Below are positions 9,297 through 19,725 of a stretch of 64,000 bases of DNA, piece after piece (within the stretch, counting starts at the first letter, position 1; each line of letters begins with the position of its first letter). The notes below the pieces were generated by a model that saw nothing but the letters and a program-made list of their open reading frames with translations, searched no databases and was not told the DNA's origin. The translations under genes were made by a program, and so were the position numbers. The stretch is taken from the IMG/VR virus record IMGVR_UViG_3300031760_006602; one strand, given 5' to 3'. Source of the DNA: an uncultured virus (IMG/VR IMGVR_UViG_3300031760_006602) (Duplodnaviria > Heunggongvirae > Uroviricota > Caudoviricetes).

Positions 9297-11603
9297 TTGG
9301 CAATTTTAATTGAAAAAAGGGATGGAAGGTTAGTAGTATTTTCAAAAGATAAAATTGTAAATGCAATGTCAAAAGCATATTTTTCTACACGTAAGGAGTT
9401 TGACTCTAATTTTTCTGATTTATCTGATTCTGTATCTTGTTATATTGAACGAAGAGCTCTTGAAAATAATAGTAAGTTAAATGTAGAAGACATTCAAGAC
9501 ATTATTGAACATAAGTTAATGTGTAGTCAATATAAAGACGTAGCAAAATCCTATATAAAATATAGAGACCATAGAAGTATAGAAAGAGGTAGAAGGTCTG
9601 AGTTAGTTAAAAATATTTCAGAAAAAATAAGAGCTAAAAATGTTCAAAACCAAAATGCAAATATGGATGAAAAGTCTTTTGGTGGTAGAATGGGAGAAGC
9701 TCGAAACGAGTTAATGAAAGATTATGCATTGAAATATTGTATGTCTGAAATGTCACGTAATAATCATTTAGAGAATATTATTTATATTCATGATTTGGAT
9801 AGTTATGCTGTAGGTATGCATAATTGTATGTCAATGCCTTTAGATGATTTATTAAAAAATGGGTTTATTACAAGACAAACAGATGTAAGACCCGCGCAAT
9901 CTTTAAATACGGCTATGCAGTTAGTAGCGGTATTGTTTCAGTTACAGAGCTTACAACAATTTGGGGGTGTAAGTGCCACTCATTTAGATTGGACAATGGT
10001 TCCGTATGTTAGAAAATCATTTACAAAACATCTTGCAGATGGTATGAGGTATGTAGAAGGAAAATCAGAATATAAGACTGAAAGATTTTGGAAATGGTTA
10101 AAACATGATGAAAATCACCCAGATGGTTTAATTCATATGGATGACGAAGAGTTTAAAAGTTTACATGAGCCCGCTTGGGAATATGCTATAAATATGGTGG
10201 AAAGAGAAGCTTCTCAAGCTGTAGAGGGGTTATATCATAATTTAAATACACTTCAAAGTAGGTCAGGAAATCAATTACCTTTTACTTCTATCAATTATGG
10301 GACATGTACACTTCCTGAAGGAAGGTTGATTACTAAAGTTTTGTTAGATGTATCAATAGATGGAATAGGTAAGTTACATAGAACACCAATTTTCCCATGT
10401 GGTATCTTTCAATATATGAAAGGGGTAAATGATAAAGAAGGAACTCCGAATTATGATTTGTATAGGTTAGCTCTTAAATCTACCGCAAAAAGGTTATACC
10501 CTAATTATGCAAATGTAGATTGGAGTGGTAATGCTGGGTATGATATTGATAATCCAAGTACATATTTTTCAACAATGGGTTGTAGAACCGCAAATGGTTT
10601 AGATATTAATCAAACAGACCCAAAATTGAAACAGTTGAAAGATGGACGTGGTAATCTTTGTCCTGTTACTGTTATACTCCCGAAAATTGCTATGATAGCG
10701 AAAGAGAAAGCAGAAGAGACTCATAAAGATATAGTAGATGTTTTCTTCGATGTTTTAGAAAACAAAATAAAAGAAGCTAAAGATATGTTAATAGAACGTT
10801 ATCATTGGCTTTGTATGCAGTCTCCTGATTCAGCAAGATTTATGTATGAAAATCATGTAATGTATGGATATAAAGAAGATGAAGGAATTGAATCAGCGTT
10901 AAAACATGGTACATTATCTTTAGGTCAGTTAGGATTAGCTGAAACTTTACAGATTTTAGTAGGGTGTAATCATACAAAACCTGAAGGAATGAAATTAGCG
11001 AAAAGGATTGAAGGTTTGTTTGCTAAAAAATGTAAGGAATATAAAGAAGGGTATAAGTTGAATTTTGGGGTTTATTACACGCCAGCAGAAAATCTTTGTT
11101 ATACAGCAATGAAGAAATTCAAAGAAGAGTATGGTGAAATACCTAATGTTTCAGATAGGGATTATTTTACAAATTCTATGCATGTACCAGTATGGGAAAA
11201 ATTAAGTCCGTTTGATAAGATTGATGTAGAAAGTCAGTTAACAGGGTTTAGTTCAGCAGGTTGTATTACTTATGTAGAGTTAGATGGTTCTGTAAATCGT
11301 AACATTGATGCTCTTGAACAGATTGTAAATTATGCAATGGATAAAGATGTTCCTTATTTTGCGGTAAATGTACCTTCTGATTTGTGTTTAGATTGTGGGT
11401 ATCAAGGTGAAATTAATAATGAATGTCCACAATGTCATTCTAAAAATATTCAACAATTAAGACGTGTGACAGGGTATTTGACAGGGAATTATCTAACAGC
11501 TTTTAATAAGGGTAAGCAGGAAGAAGTGCATGATAGGGTAAAACATGCTAATAAGTTAGTAGATTTTGAAGGAAAAGAGCTTGAAGAAAAAGTAAATTTT
11601 TAA
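9297..11603 (+). CDS. nrdD: Anaerobic (class III) ribonucleoside-triphosphate reductase
   Basis: N-terminal ATP cone (IEKRDGR), IHDLD, MGCR, YTPAENLC, CxxC...CxxC and glycyl-radical motif RVTGYL. Confidence 0.97.
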   Translation: MAILIEKRDGRLVVFSKDKIVNAMSKAYFSTRKEFDSNFSDLSDSVSCYIERRALENNSKLNVEDIQDIIEHKLMCSQYKDVAKSYIKYRDHRSIERGRRSELVKNISEKIRAKNVQNQNANMDEKSFGGRMGEARNELMKDYALKYCMSEMSRNNHLENIIYIHDLDSYAVGMHNCMSMPLDDLLKNGFITRQTDVRPAQSLNTAMQLVAVLFQLQSLQQFGGVSATHLDWTMVPYVRKSFTKHLADGMRYVEGKSEYKTERFWKWLKHDENHPDGLIHMDDEEFKSLHEPAWEYAINMVEREASQAVEGLYHNLNTLQSRSGNQLPFTSINYGTCTLPEGRLITKVLLDVSIDGIGKLHRTPIFPCGIFQYMKGVNDKEGTPNYDLYRLALKSTAKRLYPNYANVDWSGNAGYDIDNPSTYFSTMGCRTANGLDINQTDPKLKQLKDGRGNLCPVTVILPKIAMIAKEKAEETHKDIVDVFFDVLENKIKEAKDMLIERYHWLCMQSPDSARFMYENHVMYGYKEDEGIESALKHGTLSLGQLGLAETLQILVGCNHTKPEGMKLAKRIEGLFAKKCKEYKEGYKLNFGVYYTPAENLCYTAMKKFKEEYGEIPNVSDRDYFTNSMHVPVWEKLSPFDKIDVESQLTGFSSAGCITYVELDGSVNRNIDALEQIVNYAMDKDVPYFAVNVPSDLCLDCGYQGEINNECPQCHSKNIQQLRRVTGYLTGNYLTAFNKGKQEEVHDRVKHANKLVDFEGKELEEKVNF

Positions 11604-11615
11604 GGGGTTCTGATT

Positions 11616-12119
11616 ATGAAGTTCGCAGGTTTTATGGAAAATGATGTAGTCAATGGTGAGGGGGTATGTGTTAGTTTTTGGACACAAGGATGTCCTCACC
11701 ATTGTAAGGGCTGCCATAACCCTCAAACATGGGATAGTACAAAAGGAAACGAGTTGCCAGAAAACTATGTAGATAAAGTAATAGAGAAGATAAACAGAAA
11801 TGGAATTTTAAGAAATTTGTCAATTTTGGGTGGAGAGCCTTTATGTAAGGAAAATCAAGACATAGTGTTAAATCTTGTTACAAAAGTAAGAAAAACTTAC
11901 CCTAAAATTAAGATTTATATTTGGTCAGGTTACAATTTTGAAGATTTAATTTGTCAAGAAAAGGTTGTAGATATTTTAAATGCTTCTGATGTTTTAGTAG
12001 ATGGTAGATTTGTATTAGAACAGAGAGATGTAACATTGCACTTAAAGGGCTCAAAAAACCAAAGAGTAATTGATTTACAAAAAACGTTAGATTTGGGTAA
12101 AATTATCTTGTATAGTTAA
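11616..12119 (+). CDS. nrdG: Anaerobic RNR activating enzyme
   Basis: GCPHHCKGCHNP, LGGEP, DGRF...GSKNQR; adjacent to nrdD. Confidence 0.96.
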   Translation: MKFAGFMENDVVNGEGVCVSFWTQGCPHHCKGCHNPQTWDSTKGNELPENYVDKVIEKINRNGILRNLSILGGEPLCKENQDIVLNLVTKVRKTYPKIKIYIWSGYNFEDLICQEKVVDILNASDVLVDGRFVLEQRDVTLHLKGSKNQRVIDLQKTLDLGKIILYS

Positions 12120-12202
12120 ATATTTTTTGGTATAATAAAAATATAGAAAAAGTACTTAAATTTTATAAATAAGTTATGAAAAAATTTTGGGGGGTTTTAG
12201 AC

Positions 12203-12448
12203 ATGGATTTAAAAGATACTGTAGATTTAATGTTGTCAACCAATTTTAAGGATAGGTTTAAGGCAGAGTATTATCAGGTTAAGTATCGTTATGAAAAGTT
12301 AATGGATACTATTAACGCTATTAAAAACGGAGAAGCCGATTTTACACCATTATGTCCCATAGATTTGTATGAAATACAGTCCGACGCAATGTATAATTAT
12401 ATGAAAGTATTAGAATCAAGAGCTCAATTTGAGAAGATAGAATTGTAA
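12203..12448 (+). CDS. Conserved small phage protein (crAss001_48-like)
   Basis: DTVDLMLS..FKDRFKAEYYQ...YMKVLESRA pattern. Confidence 0.55.
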   Translation: MDLKDTVDLMLSTNFKDRFKAEYYQVKYRYEKLMDTINAIKNGEADFTPLCPIDLYEIQSDAMYNYMKVLESRAQFEKIEL

Positions 12449-12487
12449 TGTAGGTTATAATACAAAAGATAAAAAGGAAGTAAACTT

Positions 12488-13000
12488 ATGGAAAAAATTA
12501 GAGGTTTTGAGTTTGTTAAAAGGGTAGAAAACGTAAAAGATAAAAAATTACCAATGAGAAGTACAAAAAATAGTGCAGGGTATGACTTCTTTTGTGTGGA
12601 AGATGTTGAGATACCTGTATCTATTGAGAGGGTAATTAATGTAAAAGAAAATTCTTTTGGTCCTCCGAGAACAGAAGTTCATCCTACACTTGTTAGGACT
12701 GGTGTAAAAGCCTATATGCAGGAAAATGAAGTTTTGTATTTGTTTAACAGAAGTTCAAATCCTGTAAAAAAGGGATTGGTTTTAGCAAATAGTGTAGGAG
12801 TAGTTGACTCTGATTATTACAATAATCCAGATAATGAAGGTGAAATTGGGTTTATGTTTTATAACTTTTCTGGAGAAACTGTAGTATTGAAAAAGGGGGA
12901 TAAGATAGGACAAGGATTGTTTAGTGTTTATTTAAAAGTAGATGAAGAAGATTTAGTTTTTGATGCAAGAAAAGGTGGTTTTGGTTCAACTGGAGAGTGA
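12488..13000 (+). CDS. dut: Trimeric dUTPase
   Basis: SAGYD, RSS, GVVDSDYY, GDKIGQG and RKGGFGSTG motifs. Confidence 0.95.
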   Translation: MEKIRGFEFVKRVENVKDKKLPMRSTKNSAGYDFFCVEDVEIPVSIERVINVKENSFGPPRTEVHPTLVRTGVKAYMQENEVLYLFNRSSNPVKKGLVLANSVGVVDSDYYNNPDNEGEIGFMFYNFSGETVVLKKGDKIGQGLFSVYLKVDEEDLVFDARKGGFGSTGE

Positions 13001-13332
13001 GTAAAGTTGAATGATGGTATTAAAGTAGTTGAAAATCAAGGTATGAAATATGGTAAGTTTAGATATCACGCTTTTATAGATTCTGTCACTAAAAAACCTG
13101 TAGTAGTTAAAGAGTGTAATAGAGATACTGATAGGTTGTCAATGTTAACGGAAAGTGTGAAAGAGTTTGACGATGATATAAATAGTACGTATATCTTTGA
13201 AAATATGTGATTTTGGTTTGCTATGTATTCGGTTATGGTATAAGGTAATAAGAGGGTTTTATATATAATATTGGTAAGAACCTCCTTGTTAATTTATCGT
13301 AAATACGCGATAGAGATTGTCTTCCTACCTTT

Positions 13333-13376
13333 GACAGGGTACATTAGCAGCCGCCGGCTTTTGTACCCTGTCTTTT
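13333..13376 (+). terminator. Rho-independent terminator-like hairpin
   Basis: gacagggtaca...tgtaccctgtc followed by tttt. Confidence 0.65.
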
Positions 13377-13711
13377 ATTTATGATAAAATAGGTAATAAA
13401 GGAGTGTAATAAGTTATGGAAAATAGTGTAAAAGTGAGTTATGAGTCAGCTTTAGAAAATAATGTAAGAGCGGATGCTGAGAGAGCTATTCAGTTGTTTT
13501 TGTCGGGAAGTACTGGTACAGTTCTTACTATATTTCCACAAGCCTTGAATCCGTTGTTAAAAGCTCTTGAAAGTTTGGGTTTATGGAAACAAGCGATAGT
13601 TTTGCCGTATCAAGATAACTCAAAAAGACCTTTATATATTGTGGTTAAAATACCTAATAATGCTACTATTAATTTTGTTTCTTTAAATCAAGAAGATTAA
13701 AAGGTGTTATA

Positions 13712-14266
13712 ATGCAGTTTTTTACATCTAATTTATTTTTTGATAATATTAAAGTTTCAGAAGATAGACATTTTAAAAGTGTTAGTGACATGAATAGTTT
13801 AATTTTAAAAAATTGGAATAGTCTTGTTGTTGATACTGATAAGGTTTATATTCTTGGAAATATAGGAAATTTTGATTATTTAAGGGAATTAAACGGAAGT
13901 AAAGTATTGTTTTTATCTGAAAATGACTTAACTTTTTTTAATAAATATATTTCCAGTGTTTCTTCTGAAAGAGATGATTATTATGACAAAGAAATGTTTG
14001 AATTGTATTGTCAAAGTCAGTATCAGGTTGACCATATAACTTTTAGTAAAAAAGCTGTTGTAAATACTTTTACTAATAATTTATTGAGGTTGACTGTTGA
14101 TTCTGTAGATGGGAAGAATGTATTGTTAAATGTTTATGGTGGAATGGGTAGTTATAAAAAGTTAGAAAGAAATACTTTAAATATTGATATTTTGGTTAAT
14201 GGATATTTCCCTGTTTCAGAGGTTTATATTGATTCTGTTATAAAGTATATGAAACAATATAGTTAA
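13712..14266 (+). CDS. Degenerate calcineurin-like phosphoesterase-fold protein
   Basis: FTSNLFFD/MNSLILKNWN/DKVYILGN matches the family pattern FTSDxHF/WN/LGD, but the metal ligands are lost. Confidence 0.55.
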   Translation: MQFFTSNLFFDNIKVSEDRHFKSVSDMNSLILKNWNSLVVDTDKVYILGNIGNFDYLRELNGSKVLFLSENDLTFFNKYISSVSSERDDYYDKEMFELYCQSQYQVDHITFSKKAVVNTFTNNLLRLTVDSVDGKNVLLNVYGGMGSYKKLERNTLNIDILVNGYFPVSEVYIDSVIKYMKQYS

Positions 14267-14270
14267 GGTT

Positions 14271-14834
14271 TTGAGGTGTGGTATTGTGGAAAGAAGGGTA
14301 ATAAACTCTTTTGGTAATATAACTATTCCTGCAAGGATTAGAAAAGAGTTAGGTATTGAAGGTAGTAGTATGCTTTGGCTTGATGTGAGAGAGGGCCGAG
14401 GTGGACAGAAAGAAATAGTATTAAAAAAACAAGATGATGTTGATGAAATTTTTAATCGGTATAAAAAATGGGCCGAGGTTATTTCAAGGATTGCAGAAAG
14501 CGCTGTATCAATAGTGTGGAATAACCTTGTTGTATCAATGTCTTTTAAAGATGAAACCGATAACTTTATTACAAAAAAAGTTTCTGTAAGTACGTTACTT
14601 AATTTAAGTTTTAAACAGTCTGTAGATGATGCAGTAGTTGTTAAAAATCCAAAAGAGCTGAAATTTCTTCCAAATGGTGTAGGAGATGTTTCGGCTTTTT
14701 ATCGTATAAAGAATACTGGTGATGACTCAGGGTATTTTGTTATTGTAAAAGGTACAAAATATGATGTAAAAATTACAAAAGAAGATGAATTAAGGAGATA
14801 CAATATTATAAAAGATATTGTAAATAAAATATGA
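14271..14834 (+). CDS. AbrB/SpoVT-like transcription regulator
   Basis: GIVERRVINSFGNITIPARIRKELGI...IVLKK AbrB domain plus a C-terminal domain; total length is similar to SpoVT. Confidence 0.75.
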   Translation: MRCGIVERRVINSFGNITIPARIRKELGIEGSSMLWLDVREGRGGQKEIVLKKQDDVDEIFNRYKKWAEVISRIAESAVSIVWNNLVVSMSFKDETDNFITKKVSVSTLLNLSFKQSVDDAVVVKNPKELKFLPNGVGDVSAFYRIKNTGDDSGYFVIVKGTKYDVKITKEDELRRYNIIKDIVNKI

Positions 14835-15646
14835 GAGTAGGGTATTTAGGGGATATAAAAATATCAAGAAAAACATTAGATGATAGTCTATTAAGGTTAA
14901 CTGAAGAGTCTGCACGTGAAAAGTTGAATTACTTAATCTTGTGTGGGGGTATTTCAGAAGATTTTAATACGACTTTGGTTTTTGTAAACAGTTTAAGAGA
15001 TTCTTTGTATAATCATAAAATAAAACTTCGTTTTATTCCAGGAAATACTGATTTTTATTATAATGTACCTGTTGTAAATAAGCAAGATAATTTTATGACT
15101 ATTAGGAATTTGTTTTTATCAAATCAAAGTTGCCTAATATCAAACCCTATTGTGACTTCTAATGTAAGGATTATTGGAACTGAGTCATGGTATGATTATT
15201 CTTTATATAGGGGAAGTCCTGTAAGTTTAAAAAGTATTACTAAAAAAAGTAAATTATTTGGGTTAATTAAAAATAGGGATGTAAAATATATAACAGATGA
15301 GAATGACTATATGTTAGGGGTTAAAAATACTTTCGATTATCAGTATTCTAAAAAATGCAAAGATTGGTTAATTTCCTCATTAAAAGAGTACGAACGGAAA
15401 TATATGAAGCCATTACATAGTGTGGTAGTAGGGTATTTTTACCCTATACAAAGTTTTTTGTCAAAAGGTATTTATTCTGGGTATTTTGGAACATTTAAGG
15501 GGTCTGATTTATCAGATGTTTTAAATCAGTTTTATATTACTGAATATGTTGTAGGACTTACATCTGATATGAATGATTTTTCTTTTAATAATATAAGATT
15601 TACAAATGCAAAAAATAAAATGGTTGTAAGGGATTATGTAAAATGA
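14831..15646 (+). CDS. Degenerate metallophosphoesterase-fold protein
   Basis: LGDIK, CGGIS, PGNTD and WYDYS; His ligands are substituted. Confidence 0.6.
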   Translation: MRVGYLGDIKISRKTLDDSLLRLTEESAREKLNYLILCGGISEDFNTTLVFVNSLRDSLYNHKIKLRFIPGNTDFYYNVPVVNKQDNFMTIRNLFLSNQSCLISNPIVTSNVRIIGTESWYDYSLYRGSPVSLKSITKKSKLFGLIKNRDVKYITDENDYMLGVKNTFDYQYSKKCKDWLISSLKEYERKYMKPLHSVVVGYFYPIQSFLSKGIYSGYFGTFKGSDLSDVLNQFYITEYVVGLTSDMNDFSFNNIRFTNAKNKMVVRDYVK

Positions 15647-16079
15647 ATGAACGTTATTTTATTTACACTTGTGACAGGATACTGTTTAAATCAGAAGATG
15701 GGTATGAAATAACGCAGGAAGATATTGAAGAAGTATTCAGTTTTTTTGGGTTTAGTGTTGATAATGAGTTAAGTCATATCTTAACAGAGGAATACATTGA
15801 ATCTTGTGTTCATAAAGGGTATTTACAGGTTTATGATAGGGAGTTTAGGGGGTTTTTAATCCCAGAAGGAATTCAACTTAAACTTTCATCTAATACGATA
15901 CAAAAAATAAATGAATTAACAGACGATGAAAGTTTTGTATCAGATGAAGAGTCTTTGGAAATACATAAATATCTTATTAATGACTGGGATGATTCTATAG
16001 ACTACTATTTCAGAGCGTTTAAAATCTTGGAAGATGTGGTAGTAGTTTTTGATAAAGATGGTAAGTGGAGAGTGGTAGA

Positions 16080-16889
16080 ATGAAGGTATTGGATTTATCA
16101 AATATTAAGGTTAAAGACAGAAATCAACCTATACATTTAGATACTGAGTTAAGTGTAAAGGAAAGTGGTAAAACAAGGAAAGAAGTATTAGAGGTACTGT
16201 ATCATAATTTACCTTCTATTACAGATATTAAACATGATTCTGTTTTAGATGGTAGTAAATATGTGAAACTTGCAAGAGACTATAATTACAAACATTACAA
16301 GTTGTTAATGTATAGTGATATTGTAAGGTTGGGTTTAGACAGTAGTTTAAATTATTATTATAAACAACATTTAAAATCTGACGGAGCTGTAGTCGCCATA
16401 TTTAATACCTTAAACGATAAACCTATTTCTGTTGTTTTTCGGTCAATACAAGAAAAAAACTTTGTAGATTATTCATTGTTTTATGCTTTATATGGGCTTG
16501 ATTTGATAGAAAAGGATTTTAAGTTTGGAAATACTCTTGTAATTACAGAGGGTTTATATGATGCTGATTCTTTAAGACCTCTTTATAAAAATGTTGTTGC
16601 GACTTTAACTTCAAATATAACTTCGGTACAAGCAAATATTTTGAAAACAATAACTGATAGGTTTGTAATAGCTTTTGATAATGATGAAGCAGGTGAAAAT
16701 GGGTTTGAAAAGGCATTAAAAGTTTTAGGAACTGATATTAAAAAATTATCTATTTTTAAATCAGATAAAGATATAGGGGTTATGGAAGAGGTTAAAGGTA
16801 ATAAATTTGACTATGAAGAAAGATTAAATCATTATAAAAAGGAACTTGATTTTTGTATTTATAATAATGATGTAGGTTTTATGCTATGA
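16080..16889 (+). CDS. DNA primase-like TOPRIM protein
   Basis: LYGLD, ITEGLYDA, AFDNDEAG and KD motifs. Confidence 0.85.
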   Translation: MKVLDLSNIKVKDRNQPIHLDTELSVKESGKTRKEVLEVLYHNLPSITDIKHDSVLDGSKYVKLARDYNYKHYKLLMYSDIVRLGLDSSLNYYYKQHLKSDGAVVAIFNTLNDKPISVVFRSIQEKNFVDYSLFYALYGLDLIEKDFKFGNTLVITEGLYDADSLRPLYKNVVATLTSNITSVQANILKTITDRFVIAFDNDEAGENGFEKALKVLGTDIKKLSIFKSDKDIGVMEEVKGNKFDYEERLNHYKKELDFCIYNNDVGFML

Positions 16890-17794
16890 AGAAGAGTAAA
16901 GCACTTAGGTTAAATTTATCATTAGGTAAAACAGAGGGGTTGTTAAGAAATAGAAAAAGAAGGGTAAGGTTAAAAAATTTTAGAAAAAGATATGATATAC
17001 TGTGTAAAATGTTAAGGTTGTATGGTTATATGCCTTATCCTGTAGAGTGGGGTGGTAGAGATGTATGATAAAGAGGATATAATAAAGTCTTTAGAAGATA
17101 CTATTAAAGAAATAGAAAAAATGTCCTCTGAAGAGTTTATACAGAAAATGAAAGATATAGAAAGAAATATGGATAGTATAAAAGACATTGATAGTTTAAG
17201 CGGTTTAAAAATTGTTTCTAATCCATTTAAACCTTTTGAAAATTTGCCATGTGAAAATTGTCCAAACAATATTAAAAACGGCGGGTCAGGTATTTGTCAT
17301 TGTATATTAGGTAATCCAGTAATTTATTAAAAGGAGAGTTATTTATGGAAGAAATTAAGAAAGAAACAGTAGAACAGGAATCAGTAGTAAAACCTATTAA
17401 CGCTTTTAATGATGGGGATAAGAATTTAAATAAAAAGGTGACACGTAAAGAGGTAATTGAAGTATTTCAACAAATTATGGATAATATGAATTTGATTTCA
17501 GATTATCTTATGAAAGATGTAAATACAATGTATTCTAAACAGGTTTTTCCTTTTCAGATTCAGTTTGCCGTATTAAAAGATATTTTGGTTGAGCAGGGTA
17601 TTGTTACAGAGGAAGAAATTACAAAACGCTATAATGAGAAAATACAAAAGTTAGTAGAAAAGGCAAGGGAAATTAAAGAAGAAAATGGGGAAGCAAGGTT
17701 AGCTACTAAAGAGGAAGATGAAGAGTCTGAAAAGAAAAAAATTATACAAGTTGTAAGTAGAAACAAAGAAGAAAGTAAATAATTGTTGATTTAG

Positions 17795-17828
17795 ATGGGT
17801 GATTTAGTCAATAAATCACCTATTTTTT
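17795..17828 (+). terminator. Rho-independent terminator
   Basis: ggtgattta-gtcaa-taaatcacc followed by a T run. Confidence 0.65.
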
Positions 17829-17897
17829 CTAATATCTCAATGTCAGTAATATTATAAATAATTATAGTGAAATAATTATTTTAGAGGTATAGATGAT

Positions 17898-18755
17898 ATG
17901 GCAATTAGTTTGTTGAAACGATATAAAAATGAGATAGATTATATTAGAAGTAAACTTACTTTTAATTTTTGTAATGTTGGGTATTGTAGTATAATGATTT
18001 GCAGAAGTTTTCCTGTGCCAGGTACATCTAATCTATCTTTTAGTTATGGTGAGAATACAACATCTATTTCAGAGTTAATAAATGAAAAAAATATTGACTT
18101 TAAAAAACATGTTAAAATTATAGAACAAAGGAATTTGATTTATATTGGAATAAATCTTGAAGATATTAAATTTGAAAATTTAAAAAGATTTTCAAATTTT
18201 TATTTAGGGTATAAGTTTTTTGAAAGAGGGTTAGATGATATAGACTCTTATAGCATGGGAATATTTTATTATAATTTTCTATCAAAAGTTAAATTAATTA
18301 ATGATAAAGATATGTTGTTTTTAAAGACAGCAATGCCTGAAAATGATTTTCCTGAATTATATATTCTTATTAATGCTATTTTAGATGATGGGAATGATAG
18401 AATTGACCCAGACGATAGTTCTAATTATGAAAAGTTTTTAAAAATTTTAACGGATTATATTAAAAGTGGTAGACTGGATAAAGTTTATTTGTTTAGAGAG
18501 ATAAGAAGAAATATAAGTAATAGTTTAAATAAACCTTTTAAAGTTGGGTTGTATAGTGATTGTTATAAAACGTTAAAGGACAGACAAATATTGCCTTATG
18601 TGGTATATTCACCCTATGAAGGTTTAGTTAAGTATCAATACTCTTATAATTCTTATAGTGAGAAAAAGAATGTGATTCGGTTTGATATTAATAGTTTAAA
18701 GAATAGGGATAATGCTTATGCTCCGTGGGGATTAGTAGAGAGGTTAGAGGATTAA
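17898..18755 (+). CDS. Paralogue family A member 1 (unknown function)
   Basis: N-terminus MAISLLKRYKNE; LIYIGINL; LKDRQILP. Confidence 0.75.
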   Translation: MAISLLKRYKNEIDYIRSKLTFNFCNVGYCSIMICRSFPVPGTSNLSFSYGENTTSISELINEKNIDFKKHVKIIEQRNLIYIGINLEDIKFENLKRFSNFYLGYKFFERGLDDIDSYSMGIFYYNFLSKVKLINDKDMLFLKTAMPENDFPELYILINAILDDGNDRIDPDDSSNYEKFLKILTDYIKSGRLDKVYLFREIRRNISNSLNKPFKVGLYSDCYKTLKDRQILPYVVYSPYEGLVKYQYSYNSYSEKKNVIRFDINSLKNRDNAYAPWGLVERLED

Positions 18756-18758
18756 ATT

Positions 18759-19706
18759 ATGTCTATTAGTTTATTAAAACGTTATAGAAATGAAGTGATA
18801 GCTGTTTTATCTAAAACTAAAAAGTGTATTAAAGATGAGTGGGGAGATGATTTTGAAATACTTTTTACAGTTAAGTCACCTTATGCAGGTTATGAGTATG
18901 ATGTAAAAAGTGGAACTACTTCTTATTCTATAACTTTAAGGGTTAATAGAGTTTTTGCAAATAAATGGTTGGTAGATAAAATAAATGCTGTTGAAGATAG
19001 TGGGTTAGTTTATTTTGGGGTTGACTTGGATAGGAGTTTTGTAAATACTGTAATAAAATCATATTTTGATGTTAGTTATAACGGAGATATAGACTCTTTT
19101 ATTTGTAAAAACCCTATTAGAAATGTTATTTGGGAAAGAGAGAGATATAAGTTTAGAGAATATTCATCTGACAATGGTAATAGTCTTACTAATTATAGCA
19201 ATCCGTTATTACTTGGAAATATTGAAACTTATGCAGATTATGGTTTAATGGCTAAAAGAAATGATGGTGAGATAGAGTTTGTAGACCCTGGTTGGAGAAG
19301 TAAAGTTTTGGATGATTTTATATCAAATAATTTAAGTATGATTAAAAATTTAAATTATTTTAAAGTTTGTAGAAAAGAAATAGACAGTTTATTTTCTAAT
19401 TTAAGTATAAAGGTAGCAGATGGAGAGTTTCCAAAATTAAACAATAGAAGTTTTTTACCTATTGTTACAGTTAATTTTAATAAAAATGAGGTATCTTATT
19501 TATTTAAAACTACTTATGTGAATAAAGGGGTTTCATTTCCAGCATATGCGAAAGGTTTAATGAAATTAGATATAGAAACTTTTTTAAGTGGTGGTGGAAG
19601 AAATTATATTATTCCACCAACAAATGCATTAGAGATGGAGTATAAAGGCGGAAAGTGTAGATGTAATGACGGTAGTATGTTAAATATTAGTTTGTCAGTA
19701 GATTAA
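18759..19706 (+). CDS. Paralogue family A member 2
   Basis: MSISLLKRYRNE; AVEDSGLVYFGVDLDR; DGEFPKLNNRSFLP. Confidence 0.8.
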   Translation: MSISLLKRYRNEVIAVLSKTKKCIKDEWGDDFEILFTVKSPYAGYEYDVKSGTTSYSITLRVNRVFANKWLVDKINAVEDSGLVYFGVDLDRSFVNTVIKSYFDVSYNGDIDSFICKNPIRNVIWERERYKFREYSSDNGNSLTNYSNPLLLGNIETYADYGLMAKRNDGEIEFVDPGWRSKVLDDFISNNLSMIKNLNYFKVCRKEIDSLFSNLSIKVADGEFPKLNNRSFLPIVTVNFNKNEVSYLFKTTYVNKGVSFPAYAKGLMKLDIETFLSGGGRNYIIPPTNALEMEYKGGKCRCNDGSMLNISLSVD

Positions 19707-19725
19707 ATTAAAAGAGGGTTAGCCT

